A DNA stretch of 64,000 nucleotides, from the NCBI GenBank assembly GCA_905181595.1, contig CAJIYI010000001.1:3551-67550 (forward strand), given 5' to 3'. Positions 52,468-62,598 of this stretch are shown here, in pieces (the first letter of the stretch is position 1; every line of letters starts with the position of its first letter). The notes beneath the pieces were generated by a model, which made no database searches, was not told where the DNA came from, and saw only the letters and a list, made by a program, of their open reading frames with translations. A program made the translations under genes and the position numbers. Source of the stretch: an uncultured SAR86 cluster bacterium (GTDB lineage: Bacteria; Pseudomonadota; Gammaproteobacteria; Magnimaribacterales; D2472).

Positions 52468-52785
52468 ATGCTAGTTTCAACCACCCCATCAATTGAAGGC
52501 AAAAGTATTCAAACCTATCACGGCATAGTAACGGGGAGCACCGTTAGAGCAAGACACATAGGAACAGATATCCTTGCGACTCTAAAAAATATAGTAGGTG
52601 GAGAGCTTAAAAGCTATTCAATTTTATTAACAGCTGCCCGAGAAGAGGCGATGGAAAGAATGATTGCTAATGCAGCCGAGCTAAATGCCAATGCAATTAT
52701 TAATTTTAGATATCAAACCTCAACCATAGCCCCAGGTGCATCAGAGGTTATTGCCTATGGAACTGCGGTAACGCTTGGTGATTGA
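52468..52785 (+). CDS. ybjQ: YbjQ family protein (UPF0145)
   Basis: 105 aa. The motifs are TTPSIEGKSIQTYHGIVTG, NIVGGE and ANAIINFRY. Confidence 0.85.
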   Translation: MLVSTTPSIEGKSIQTYHGIVTGSTVRARHIGTDILATLKNIVGGELKSYSILLTAAREEAMERMIANAAELNANAIINFRYQTSTIAPGASEVIAYGTAVTLGD

Positions 52786-53401
52786 TTCAATCAAAGTTTT
52801 TGGTGAGCGTCACTCTGGAACCAATGCCATAGGGTATTTTGCTGGCAAGAATTTTGACCTCCAATTTAAACATTACAATTTTTTAGGCTGGAAGCATCGC
52901 CTGGCACCGGAGCAAGAAGAATGGTCAAAGTTTGATGTAGAAAGCTGTTTATTTATCTTTTGTTTAAGAAACCCATATTCTTGGCTGCAGGCAATGCATA
53001 AAGAGCCATACTATGAACATTATCCAAAAATAAAAGAGTTAAGTTTTGAGGATTTCTTAAAGTTTTCCATAGAAGATTATGAAAACTCTATTGCTATGTG
53101 GAATAAAAAAAATTTAAGTTATCAGCGTATGGCAAAAGAAGTACCTAATTCAATCATTATTAACGTAGAAGAATTTCACAGCTCCCAAGAAAAAATTCAT
53201 GCAGATTTGCAGCAAGTTTTGGGTGTAGATAACTCACCTGTTATTCCGATGAATGAATATGTGAATGGAAGGGGCCGGCATACCGATAAAGATATTCAGT
53301 CTGCATTAGCTATTCCAAGCTTTAAAAAAAATATCACAGAACTGATCCATGCCTTTTTATCTGATGAAGTTATGGAACAATGTAATTACATAAAAGTTTA
53401 A
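52775..53401 (+). CDS. sulfotransferase-fold-like protein (tentative)
   Basis: FGERHSGTN resembles the PAPS 5'-phosphosulfate-binding loop, and CLRNPYSW resembles the 3'-phosphate RNP motif. It has an alternative TTG/GTG start that overlaps the ybjQ stop. Confidence 0.4.
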   Translation: MVIDSIKVFGERHSGTNAIGYFAGKNFDLQFKHYNFLGWKHRLAPEQEEWSKFDVESCLFIFCLRNPYSWLQAMHKEPYYEHYPKIKELSFEDFLKFSIEDYENSIAMWNKKNLSYQRMAKEVPNSIIINVEEFHSSQEKIHADLQQVLGVDNSPVIPMNEYVNGRGRHTDKDIQSALAIPSFKKNITELIHAFLSDEVMEQCNYIKV

Positions 53402-53416
53402 AACTAAGAGAAAAAT

Positions 53417-53641
53417 ATGAACAAAACAGAGAAAGCTGCGTTTAGAGAAAGCGTCATAGTTGTCATGATGGGAATGGTTATAAACTTTCCTCTTCAAACA
53501 TTCCTGCTGTGGCTAACAATAGATAATTGGAGCTGGACCAATACTTTATTAATTTCTATTTTTACACAATCTATTTTGACGGTGGTTGCTTTGGTTAGGG
53601 TCTTTTCAATTCGCATGAGATTTACCAGGGGTAAATTTTAA
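53417..53641 (+). CDS. hypothetical small membrane protein
   Basis: 74 aa with two hydrophobic helices and a basic C-terminus. No family recognised. Confidence 0.35.
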   Translation: MNKTEKAAFRESVIVVMMGMVINFPLQTFLLWLTIDNWSWTNTLLISIFTQSILTVVALVRVFSIRMRFTRGKF

Positions 53642-55062
53642 GAATTTTTTACTGCAAGTTTGGCTTTTATTTCAGCATGTAACTTTTTGGTAATCTTATA
53701 TCTAGCGTAAAAGAACACAGCGATCAGTCCCCAAATCATAGCAAAAGGCCCATCAATGAGACCTAATTTAAAAAGGGTTTCTTCTGCAATTTCTCCTGGC
53801 ACCGCTTTGCTCGGAAACGCAATAAAATCCAGCGCAACTCCTGCAATGACATGGCCAATGCCATTAGATGTTTTGCTAAATAAACTTCTGGCCGCATAAA
53901 AAACACCTTCTTGTCTAACGCCTGTATTCAGCTCATGCTCATCTGCAATATCTGCTAGTGCTGACATCACGCTAATATGCAAGATAGACCCACATGCTGA
54001 TGCAATAGATCCAAAAATAACGATCATGACAACCAAATCCCATGAGCCCCTCTCAGGCGCCAATCCGAGTAACGCAATATTAGCTGATGCAGACCAAAAA
54101 ATTGTGAGACCAAAAACTGTTGACACAATCACAACAGGCTTATCAAATCGTTCATGCAATTTTGCTGCCGCAATAAAACCAAAAGCATAACCAAGAATAT
54201 TATTGATTATCAGCCATCCAATTTGCTGAGGAGCCAGCTCATAAAAAAATGTCCCCATATAAATTGCCATAGTTTCATGAGTGCCAATCAGCATGGAAAG
54301 AAAAAACATCCCAACCAATATTCGAGCATAATTTCTGTTACTTATTGCCCCAAGAATGTCTTGAAATAAGTCTCTCAAACGAACTTTTTCACCATCATGT
54401 TTGGGTTGTTTTAAATAAGGGATACGATCTTTGGTGAAATATGCTGAAGAGAGAATGCAGATTGAAATCAATGCCATGCTAAAAATTGCTATGGGTGTAT
54501 AGGACTCTTGGTACAGCTGTCCGCTTTGCTCACCAGCAAAGAATGGAAAGATTAAAAACCAAACAAATATATGCATGATAATTACGCCCATGTAGCCAAA
54601 GAGATTGTTGTAACTCATGACCCGACTGCGCTCTATGTAGTCATCAGACAGCTCAGCCCCTAGAGCTAAATGGGGCACTGTAAAAAGCGTGATGCTTAGT
54701 CTTAAAATAATGGTAGAAAAAATAAGCCACCCAAATAGACCATATTCAGACAATCCATCTGGAGGAAAGAACATGAGATATATCGCAATAACTGTTGGGA
54801 AGGGTGCAGCAAACATAAATGGATGCCTGCGACCAAGCTTAGACACATAACGATCAGAGATAGAGCCCATCACAGGATCAGAAATAGCATCAAAAATAAT
54901 GGCGATTAAAACAGCAAGACCAGTTAACGATCCAGAAAGACCCAACACTTGGTTATAAAAAAAGAAGGTGAGGCCAGCAAACACCCAATTAGTAACACCT
55001 TCACCTGTAGCACCAATACCAAAAGCTAATTTAGTTTTTAGGGTTAGTTGTTCTGTGCTCAA
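53638..55062 (-). CDS. MFS transporter, glycoside-pentoside-hexuronide (GPH):cation symporter family
   Basis: 474 aa with about 12 TM helices. The N-terminal pattern KLAFGIGATGEG...FFFYNQVLGLS...DPVMGSISDR is typical of MelB/GPH-type carriers. Confidence 0.75.
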   Translation of the reverse strand: MSTEQLTLKTKLAFGIGATGEGVTNWVFAGLTFFFYNQVLGLSGSLTGLAVLIAIIFDAISDPVMGSISDRYVSKLGRRHPFMFAAPFPTVIAIYLMFFPPDGLSEYGLFGWLIFSTIILRLSITLFTVPHLALGAELSDDYIERSRVMSYNNLFGYMGVIIMHIFVWFLIFPFFAGEQSGQLYQESYTPIAIFSMALISICILSSAYFTKDRIPYLKQPKHDGEKVRLRDLFQDILGAISNRNYARILVGMFFLSMLIGTHETMAIYMGTFFYELAPQQIGWLIINNILGYAFGFIAAAKLHERFDKPVVIVSTVFGLTIFWSASANIALLGLAPERGSWDLVVMIVIFGSIASACGSILHISVMSALADIADEHELNTGVRQEGVFYAARSLFSKTSNGIGHVIAGVALDFIAFPSKAVPGEIAEETLFKLGLIDGPFAMIWGLIAVFFYARYKITKKLHAEIKAKLAVKNS

Positions 55063-55114
55063 ATCGATCCTTTTAATTCATTCTAGCCTTGAAAGGTTGT
55101 TTAGGTAAAATAAC

Positions 55115-55906
55115 TTGATGGAATTTAAAATGTACCAAGTGGATGCATTTGCCTCGAAATTATTTTCAGGCAATCCAGCTGCCGTTGTGATTTTAGAATC
55201 TCCACTTTCAGAAGATTTGATGCAGTCAATAGCATTAGAAAATAATCTATCTGAGACAGCTTTTATAAATATTAATGAGAGCCCAATACCCATTAGATGG
55301 TTTACTCCAACTTTAGAAGTAGATCTGTGTGGGCATGCAACCATGGCGAGTGCAAAAATACTCTTTGAGCATTTTCCTGATATTGCTGGAAGTGAGATTA
55401 GTTTTAGCTCAAAAAGTGGAATCTTAAAAGTTAGTAAAAATGCAGAGGATATTTGCCTCAATTTTCCAGCCGATGATCCAGAGCTTCAGGAAATGGATGC
55501 ATTATTTGCTGAGGCTCTTGGCAAATCACCCATTGAAATATTGAGGGGCACGGATGATTTTCTAGCAGTATTTGAGACTGAGCAACAAATTCAAACCATG
55601 AATCCAGACTTTACAAAATTAGCCAAGATAAATTCACGAGGAGTAGTCATATCCGCACCGGGAAATGATGTGGACTTTGTTTCTCGGTGTTTTTTCCCTC
55701 AAACAGGTGTTGATGAAGATCCTGTAACCGGTTCCGCTCATACTATGCTCATTCCATACTGGGCAAAGCAGTTAGATAAAATTGAGTTTAAAGCACATCA
55801 ATTGTCAGCTCGGGGAGGGGCCTTAGATTGCAAGTTAATAAATAATCGCGTTTTGATCTCTGGCAAGAGCGTTATTTATTTTGAAGGAATGATTTCAATC
55901 ATTTAA
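55115..55906 (+). CDS. PhzF-family isomerase
   Basis: It has YQVDAFASKLFSGNPAAVV, SETAF, CGHATMA and TGSAH. Confidence 0.85.
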   Translation: MMEFKMYQVDAFASKLFSGNPAAVVILESPLSEDLMQSIALENNLSETAFININESPIPIRWFTPTLEVDLCGHATMASAKILFEHFPDIAGSEISFSSKSGILKVSKNAEDICLNFPADDPELQEMDALFAEALGKSPIEILRGTDDFLAVFETEQQIQTMNPDFTKLAKINSRGVVISAPGNDVDFVSRCFFPQTGVDEDPVTGSAHTMLIPYWAKQLDKIEFKAHQLSARGGALDCKLINNRVLISGKSVIYFEGMISII

Positions 55907-55937
55907 ACTTAAATTTTAATAATTTCGGAGAGAATTT

Positions 55938-56309
55938 ATGACTACTTATATTATTTGCGCTTTGCTGCTTGCTTTACTTCAAACTTGGCTGATACCCGCA
56001 GCTTTCAACATGAAAAATTTTCCTTGGCTAGGTTCTAATAGAGATGAGTCTATGCCCCATGAGCCATCGGTAATGGCCGGTAGAGCCATGAGAGCAAACA
56101 CAAATTTACAGGAAACTCTGCCAATATTTTTAGCCTTGGCATTGCTATCCATGCAGTTATCAGTCGATGTGACTGGGCTGGCATGTTGGTGGCTTGCTTT
56201 TAGAGTTGGGCATCTTGTTACATACATTGCTGGTTTCGCAAGACTAAGAACATTGTTATGGCTTGGTTCCGTTGTTTCTTTGGTAATGATGGCGCTAGAG
56301 TTAATCTAA
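55938..56309 (+). CDS. MAPEG-family membrane protein
   Basis: 123 aa with 3-4 TM helices. RAMRANTNLQETLPIFLAL resembles the MAPEG signature. Confidence 0.5.
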   Translation: MTTYIICALLLALLQTWLIPAAFNMKNFPWLGSNRDESMPHEPSVMAGRAMRANTNLQETLPIFLALALLSMQLSVDVTGLACWWLAFRVGHLVTYIAGFARLRTLLWLGSVVSLVMMALELI

Positions 56310-56331
56310 GACAGAAAAATTTTACTGCCAT

Positions 56332-56359
56332 AAAAAAAGGGAGCTGAGCTCCCTTTTTT
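56332..56359. terminator. bidirectional rho-independent terminator
   Basis: AAAAAAA-GGGAGCTGAGCTCCC-TTTTTT. A GC-rich hairpin is flanked by an A-run and a T-run, between convergent genes. Confidence 0.65.
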
Positions 56360-56389
56360 ATTGGATAAAATATTATCCTAAGTTATCTT

Positions 56390-57502
56390 TTAGCCGTTAG
56401 GATTAATTAAGAACTTTGCACCTGTTGCTTGTTTGGCATACACCATTAAAGCCTCAAGAGTTAAGGCTTCCTCTAAAGAAACTTCTTGGGTATACGTGCT
56501 GGCAAAAGTTGTTTTAATTTCATTGGCAACCCTAGCTTGAAGCGCACCCACTTTTTCAAATCCAACTTTTCCTAGGAATGGTGTTAATAAAAATCCACCA
56601 ATGCCCCAATACATTCCAAAAGTACGATTATTTGGCAAAGTAATTCCGGACTGATTTAACGCACCGTAGATATAGACTTGCTTGTGTTGAGTTGAGCCAT
56701 AGGGGCTATACTCAGTTGCATTTTTTCTTGCTGCAACTTCCATGCAGGTTAGGATCTTTCCGGCTAATTCGCCCCCACCAGTAGCATCAAATGCAAGAGT
56801 GGCTTTGGTTTCTGTGATCGCCGCAGTTAGCTGCTCCATGAAATCATCATCAGAGGAATTACACACAAATTGTGCGCCAATGGATTTTAATAAATCAACG
56901 TGCTCTTGTTTTCGAACAATGTTAACAAGCTGTACCCCATCATCCACACATATTTTGACAAGCATTTGGCCTAAATTAGAGGCAGCAGCTGTATGAACAA
57001 GCGCCGTATGTCCTTCCATTTTCATAGTCTCTACCATGCCAAGAGCAGTCAGCGGATTGACAAAACTTGATGCGCATTCACGAGGCTCTGTGCCTTCATT
57101 CATCACCATACAACTTGCTGCCGGAAGACATCTATATTGCGAGTACATTCCCCCACCAACAACGCTAACAACCTTGCCCATCAATTCTTGAGCATCAGCT
57201 CCAGCCTCGACAACAATCCCAGAGCCTTCGTTTCCAACTGGCATAGGAATATTTAGCCTTGGCTTCATAGCCCCCATAATTGCCTCTGGAACATCCATAG
57301 TAATTTTTGAGTCTTCAGCTTTGAGAGTATTGATATCACCAGGCCCAAGCAATAGACCTAAATCAGAAGGATTAATTGGTGTTGCTTGAATCTCAATTAA
57401 TACCTCATTGTCCTTTGGTATAGGACGCTCGGATTCAGTAATAGCAATTTCAAGTTTTCCTTGATCAGTAACGGTAGAAGTAATTTGTTTATTTGTAGTC
57501 AT
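56390..57502 (-). CDS. medium-chain dehydrogenase/reductase, quinone-oxidoreductase-like
   Basis: VLIEIQATPINPSDL and a Rossmann segment HTAAASNLGQM are present. The Met at 57502 is preceded by GGGGA, whereas the track start at 57520 lacks an SD sequence. Confidence 0.65.
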   Translation of the reverse strand: MTTNKQITSTVTDQGKLEIAITESERPIPKDNEVLIEIQATPINPSDLGLLLGPGDINTLKAEDSKITMDVPEAIMGAMKPRLNIPMPVGNEGSGIVVEAGADAQELMGKVVSVVGGGMYSQYRCLPAASCMVMNEGTEPRECASSFVNPLTALGMVETMKMEGHTALVHTAAASNLGQMLVKICVDDGVQLVNIVRKQEHVDLLKSIGAQFVCNSSDDDFMEQLTAAITETKATLAFDATGGGELAGKILTCMEVAARKNATEYSPYGSTQHKQVYIYGALNQSGITLPNNRTFGMYWGIGGFLLTPFLGKVGFEKVGALQARVANEIKTTFASTYTQEVSLEEALTLEALMVYAKQATGAKFLINPNG

Positions 57503-57596
57503 TTTTTCCCCTGAAGGCATTCAATAGTAATATATACAAAGAACTATACAGGTTAGAGCATGCTTTAAGTCAAGCGGTAGAGGCAGAAAAGATATT

Positions 57597-58427
57597 ATGA
57601 AAAATTTAAATGGAAAAGTGATTGCGTTAACGGGAGCTGGCTCTGGAATTGGAAGATGTCTTGCAATTCAATTAGCTCAGCACGGCAGCCATCTCTCACT
57701 TTCAGATGTTGATGAAGCTGGGTTAAAAGAGACCAAGGAATTACTATCACAAGATATTGTTGTGAGCACACATATAGTAGATGTAGCTGATCGTGAACAA
57801 GTTTACGCTTGGGCTGAAAACACAGTTAAAGATCATGGGCATGTAGACTGCATTATTAATAATGCAGGCGTTACATCTATTGCAAGCATTGAAGAGATTC
57901 GTTATGAAGATTTTAACTGGGTATTTAACGTAGTCTTTTATGGAGTTCTCTATGGAACCAAAGCTTTTTTGCCGCACCTAAAACAACGCCCTGATGCACA
58001 CATAGTTAATATTTCTAGTGTTAATGGTTTTGTTGCAACCCCAAGGAATGGTGCTTATGCCTGTGCCAAGCATGCAGTTAAAGCCTTGAATCAAACTCTT
58101 CAACAAGAATTAAGAAATACTTCTGTGAATATTACATCTGTCCATCCGGGTGGAGTGAAAACTAACATAGCTCGCAATGCTAGAAGCTATGATTCTAAGG
58201 AGATCCATCAAGAACAAATTGTGAGCTTCGAGCAGATAGCAGGAACATCAGCGGAAAAAGCAGCATCAATTATTATTAAAGGCATATTAAAAAATCGTAA
58301 ACGTCAGCTTGTAGGTTTTGATGCAATTGTTATTGATGCTTTATCTCGTATTTTTCCTCAAAAGTTTTCAGACATGCTTGGTTTTTTGCATGACCGTGTT
58401 AGGCGCAAACGCATGAAAAATACTTAA
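57597..58427 (+). CDS. short-chain dehydrogenase/reductase (SDR)
   Basis: The motifs are TGAGSGIGR, NNAG and the catalytic YACAKHAV (YxxxK). Confidence 0.85.
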   Translation: MKNLNGKVIALTGAGSGIGRCLAIQLAQHGSHLSLSDVDEAGLKETKELLSQDIVVSTHIVDVADREQVYAWAENTVKDHGHVDCIINNAGVTSIASIEEIRYEDFNWVFNVVFYGVLYGTKAFLPHLKQRPDAHIVNISSVNGFVATPRNGAYACAKHAVKALNQTLQQELRNTSVNITSVHPGGVKTNIARNARSYDSKEIHQEQIVSFEQIAGTSAEKAASIIIKGILKNRKRQLVGFDAIVIDALSRIFPQKFSDMLGFLHDRVRRKRMKNT

Positions 58428-58434
58428 AATATTT

Positions 58435-59599
58435 ATGAATAATCTTTCTAATCGAGTTGGCATTATTGGAGGAGGGATAGCTGGCCTCACTCTTGGCTGT
58501 ACTTTATTAAAAGAAGGGATTCCAGCTGTTATTTTTGAACAATCATCAGAAGAAAAATCTCATGGGGCTGCAATCTCTCTTTCTCAAAACGCACTGCGTC
58601 TATTAGACAGAATCAATATTTTCAGTAATTTAAAAGATCAATCATTTGTTAATACCAAAGCCTCAATCAACAGCCCTCAACACGCAATTTGTGAATTTAA
58701 AACTCCTGAAGTATTAACCACTCGCAGACAAACATTAATGACTTTGCTTCTAGAGCAATACATGAGCCTGGGAGGAGAAATTTTTTATAAGCATACTTTT
58801 AAAAGCTTTGATCAAAGTAACTGTGAAGCTACTTTCGAGAATAATGAAAAATACTCTCTTAGCCATTTAGTGGCATGCGATGGAATTCGATCTTCAATTC
58901 GAGAGCAGTTTTTTACCCCAAATCAAAAGCCACGATATAGTGGTTATAGCGCATGGCGAGGGATAGGCAAATCCAATCTTCAAAATGTACATTTTGCCTT
59001 AGGTCCCGGCAGTCATATTGTTTCTTATCCTATTAATAATGAGGGCGATGTTAGTTTTGTGGCCTGCACCAAAGAAGAATATGAATTTACAGAATCCTGG
59101 AAAGAGGAGGGTTCATACAATGATTTATTGGATGATTTTTCAATCTATGATCCAAAGATTTTTCCTGTCATTGAAGATTCAATGAAATTATATAAATGGG
59201 GCATATACATAAGACCTCCGCTTAAATCGATGATTGCCCATAACTTAACCTTGGTTGGTGATGCCGCTCATCCCATGGTTCCATTTTTAGGGCAGGGCGC
59301 TTGCATGGCTATCGAAGATGCTTATGCATTTGGGATACTATGCAAAATACACAAATGGTGATTTTGCTGAGGCTCAAAAGGTATTCAATGCCGTAAGAAG
59401 GTCTCGAACTAAAAAAATTCAGAGAAGCTCGATGATGCAAGGAAAAATCTATCACATGAAAAATCCATTACTTGTTGCTGCGCGTAATGCCGCCATGCGA
59501 TACACAAATATCCCAGGCAATGATTTAAAGAGTATTCATGACTATGATGTGGAAGACGCAATTAAAATTCATATAAATAATGAGCGGCACACACCCTGA
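58435..59599 (+). CDS. FAD-dependent aromatic-ring monooxygenase (salicylate hydroxylase/UbiH-like; apparent frameshift)
   Basis: The motifs are GIIGGGIAGLTLG, CDGIRSSIR and GDAAHPMVPFLGQGACMAIEDA. ORFs 58435..59361 and 59318..59599 join near 59340. Confidence 0.75.
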
Positions 59600-59699
59600 G
59601 ATCTTTCCTTAATGAAGCAGGGGTAATTTTAGTTAGGTAATATTGACATCATTTATGCCAATATATAACCTAAGATAATAAAAATAAGGAAATAAAGAA

Positions 59700-61782
59700 A
59701 TGAAACTTAGCAAATCTTTTATCGGGCTGGTGACTGTCTCAACAATTTTTATGCTTTATGCATCTGGTTTATACACAAACTTTCAAAGTGACTCAGCGCT
59801 TGAAATTGTAGATTTTTCTATTGCTAAACCTGCAAGCGAAAAAAATATTCCATCAAATCCAGATCGTGTACCTCTTTATGGAGACCTGCATGTTCATACC
59901 AAATATTCTTTTGATGCATATATTTTTGGAGTGACTGCTACTCCATATGATGCATACAAATATGCAATTGGCGAGGCCATTAAGCATCCTCTGGGATTTG
60001 ATATGAAATTAAAAGAGCCTTTGGACTTTTATGCAGTGACCGATCATGGTTTTTACATGGGAATGATAGAAAATTATGCTGATACTTCCTCAAAGATGTC
60101 TAAGAATGAATGGACCAAGCCAATGCATAATCTTAATAGGCCTGAAAATGTTACGGTTGAATCTCTTGGTGCAAGAGCCGATCTCTTTAGCTCTGTCCTG
60201 ACTCAAGCTATCATCAAGCCATACCCATATTGGCATCCAAAAGTTTGGAAAGCTTGGCTCACAAACAATATTCAAGTAGCCCTCCAATCATTTGATTATG
60301 ATGTACATAAATCAGCTTGGGCAGATGTTGCAAATGCTGCCGAAGAATTCAATGACCCTGGAAAGTTTACAACCTTTATTGGCTATGAATTTACAACTTC
60401 TACAGATGTCGAGGGCGGTAATTTGCACAGAAATGTTATTTTTAACTCTTCAGATGCTCCGATTAGACCTTGGACTAGAATTGATTCTATAAATCCAGAG
60501 GATCTATGGACATGGATGGATGGTTTAAGAGATCAAGGCGTGGACTCTTTAGCGATGCCTCACAACAGCAACGGCTCTAATGGACAAATGTTTGAAGTAG
60601 AAACATTTAGAGGTAGTGCAATCAGCAAAGAATATTCTGAAAAGCGAATGAGAAATGAACCTGTTGTCGAAATCACTCAAATTAAAGGAACTTCTGATAC
60701 CCACCCCTTACTCTCACCGGACGATGAATGGGCAGATTTTGAAATCATGGATAAAAGAGTTGGAAGCAGACCTCCTACTTACAGCATGCCTCAAGGAGGT
60801 TATGTAAGAGATGCATTTTTAAGAGGGCTAACATTGGAATGGAAAGGCCAAGGCAACCCTTATAAATTTGGTGTAATTGGATCAAGTGATACACATACTG
60901 GTGCTGGAGGTTTTGATGAGGATAATTATTGGTCAAAAGCTGGAGTGTTGGATGGAACTGATATGGGCAGAGGAAGTGTGCCTCTTACTCAAGATCGAAT
61001 TGATCAGCTTGATAAATATGCTGATGTTTATGATCAGCCCATAAGCATTCAAGAAATTGGTGGCCAAACCTATGCAGATGTTGGATTTGATCAATGGGGC
61101 GCATCAGGCTTAGCAGTTGCCTGGGCAGAAGAGAATACTCGCGATTCGATATTTAAAGCTTTTAAAAGAAAAGAAACATTTGCAACAACTGGCACCAGAA
61201 TGGCAGTCAGGTTCTTTGCTGGCTTTGACTTGGAATCAATTGATTTGGAGTCTGAAGAAATGGTAAAGAATGCTTATGCCAAGGGCGTAACCATGGGCGC
61301 TGATTTATTTGGTAACAACGATCAAGCTCCACAATTTTTAGTTTGGGCTCAACGCGATAAGCTTGGAGCTCCACTTCAAAGAGTTCAAATTATCAAGGGA
61401 TGGGTTGAAAATGCATCTGGAACACCAAAAGAACAAGTTTATGATGTTGCCTGCTCAGATGGTCTTACGGTTGATCCAATCACGAATCGTTGCCCAGATA
61501 ATGGCGCAAGAGTAAACATTAATGACTGCTCTATTTCAAATGATGTTGGTGCGGTAGAGCTAAAAACTACTTGGGACAGATCCAGAGTTTGATCCAACCA
61601 TTAAGGCTTTCTACTATGTAAGAGTTCTGGAGAATCCAACTTGTCGATGGTCAACATGGGATGCTATTAAGGCTGGAGTTTCGCCAAGACCTGATCTTCA
61701 TAAAACAATACAAGAGCGTGCATGGTCATCACCCATTTGGTACATACCAGAAGCTAGCGAATTAGATATTATTCCTTTATAA
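59700..61782 (+). CDS. DUF3604 domain protein (PHP-like putative metallo-phosphoesterase), exported (apparent frameshift)
   Basis: It has an N-terminal hydrophobic signal or anchor. [14 protein letters not shown] is an HxH PHP-type motif. The conserved tail [29 protein letters not shown]...WSSPIWY is in another frame and ends at TAA 61780-61782. The junction is near 61578. Confidence 0.7.
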
Positions 61783-61797
61783 GTTTTAGGACTACCA

Positions 61798-62598
61798 ATG
61801 AATCTTAGGATAATTGTATTTTTTATAATTGGGTTAGTAATATTTTTACTTGATATTGGTTTGAATTCCCAAGAGGATTCAAAAGATATTTACGTATCTG
61901 ATCAAGAATTAACCAGTTTATTGTCTGCTTGGCAATCTCAAGTTGGAAGGCCTCCAAGCGATGAAGAAATAGTCAATATCATCAATAATCTTGTTCAAGA
62001 AGAGATTCTTTACAGGGAAGCTTTGCTATTAGGGCTAGATCAAGAGGATAGGATCATCAAAAGACGATTGGCTCAGAAAATTACTTTTTTAAAACAAGAA
62101 ACTATACCTACTGAACCGTCAGAGTCAGAGTTGCAAGAATTCTTTGAAACCAATAAATCAAATTACTTTATGCCAGCTACCTATTCTTTTACGCATCATT
62201 ATTTTTCCAAAGAGTCGAATGCGAAAGAGCGTGCAAACTTAGCTTTTAATGCTTTGACTGAAAATGGAATCGAACCAACCGGAGATCCATTTTTTCTTGG
62301 CAAGAATTTCTATCAAAATACAGCTGCAGAAATTGATAGAAACTTTGGGCCGTCTTTTTTATCTGCATTAAAGGCAATAGACTTAAATCAATGGTCGGGT
62401 CCTCACTCATCAGCTTTTGGAGAGCATTTAGTGTATTTTAAAAATACTTCAGCTGGATTTTTACCGGCATGGGAAAAAGTGAAGGGCGCGGTTACCCAAG
62501 ATTACCTTACTCAAGCTCAAGACGATGCCATCAAAAACTACCTTAAAGAAATTAAATCTGAATACAGAGTAATTATTAATCCCAATTACCAATTCTAA
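61798..62598 (+). CDS. membrane-anchored PPIC/SurA-like chaperone-domain protein (tentative)
   Basis: It has an N-terminal TM helix. The EILYREALLLGLDQEDRIIKRRLAQKITFL pattern is seen in Rotamase_2-type proteins. No catalytic motif was verified. Confidence 0.4.
   Translation: MNLRIIVFFIIGLVIFLLDIGLNSQEDSKDIYVSDQELTSLLSAWQSQVGRPPSDEEIVNIINNLVQEEILYREALLLGLDQEDRIIKRRLAQKITFLKQETIPTEPSESELQEFFETNKSNYFMPATYSFTHHYFSKESNAKERANLAFNALTENGIEPTGDPFFLGKNFYQNTAAEIDRNFGPSFLSALKAIDLNQWSGPHSSAFGEHLVYFKNTSAGFLPAWEKVKGAVTQDYLTQAQDDAIKNYLKEIKSEYRVIINPNYQF

Noticed and set aside
55078-55461. 127-aa ORF on the minus strand
   Set aside because: It lies almost entirely antisense to the well-supported PhzF-family gene and has no recognisable motifs, so it is a shadow ORF.
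325-60492. Many 60-125-aa nested or antisense ORFs in the track, for example 325..543, 2489..2925, 3545..3838, 4564..4857, 10647..10904, 12743..13030, 22854..23096, 36874..37251, 45215..45469, 56742..56996 and 60292..60492
   Set aside because: Each lies inside a longer ORF that has clear family motifs, and their composition looks like out-of-frame or antisense translation. None has independent support.
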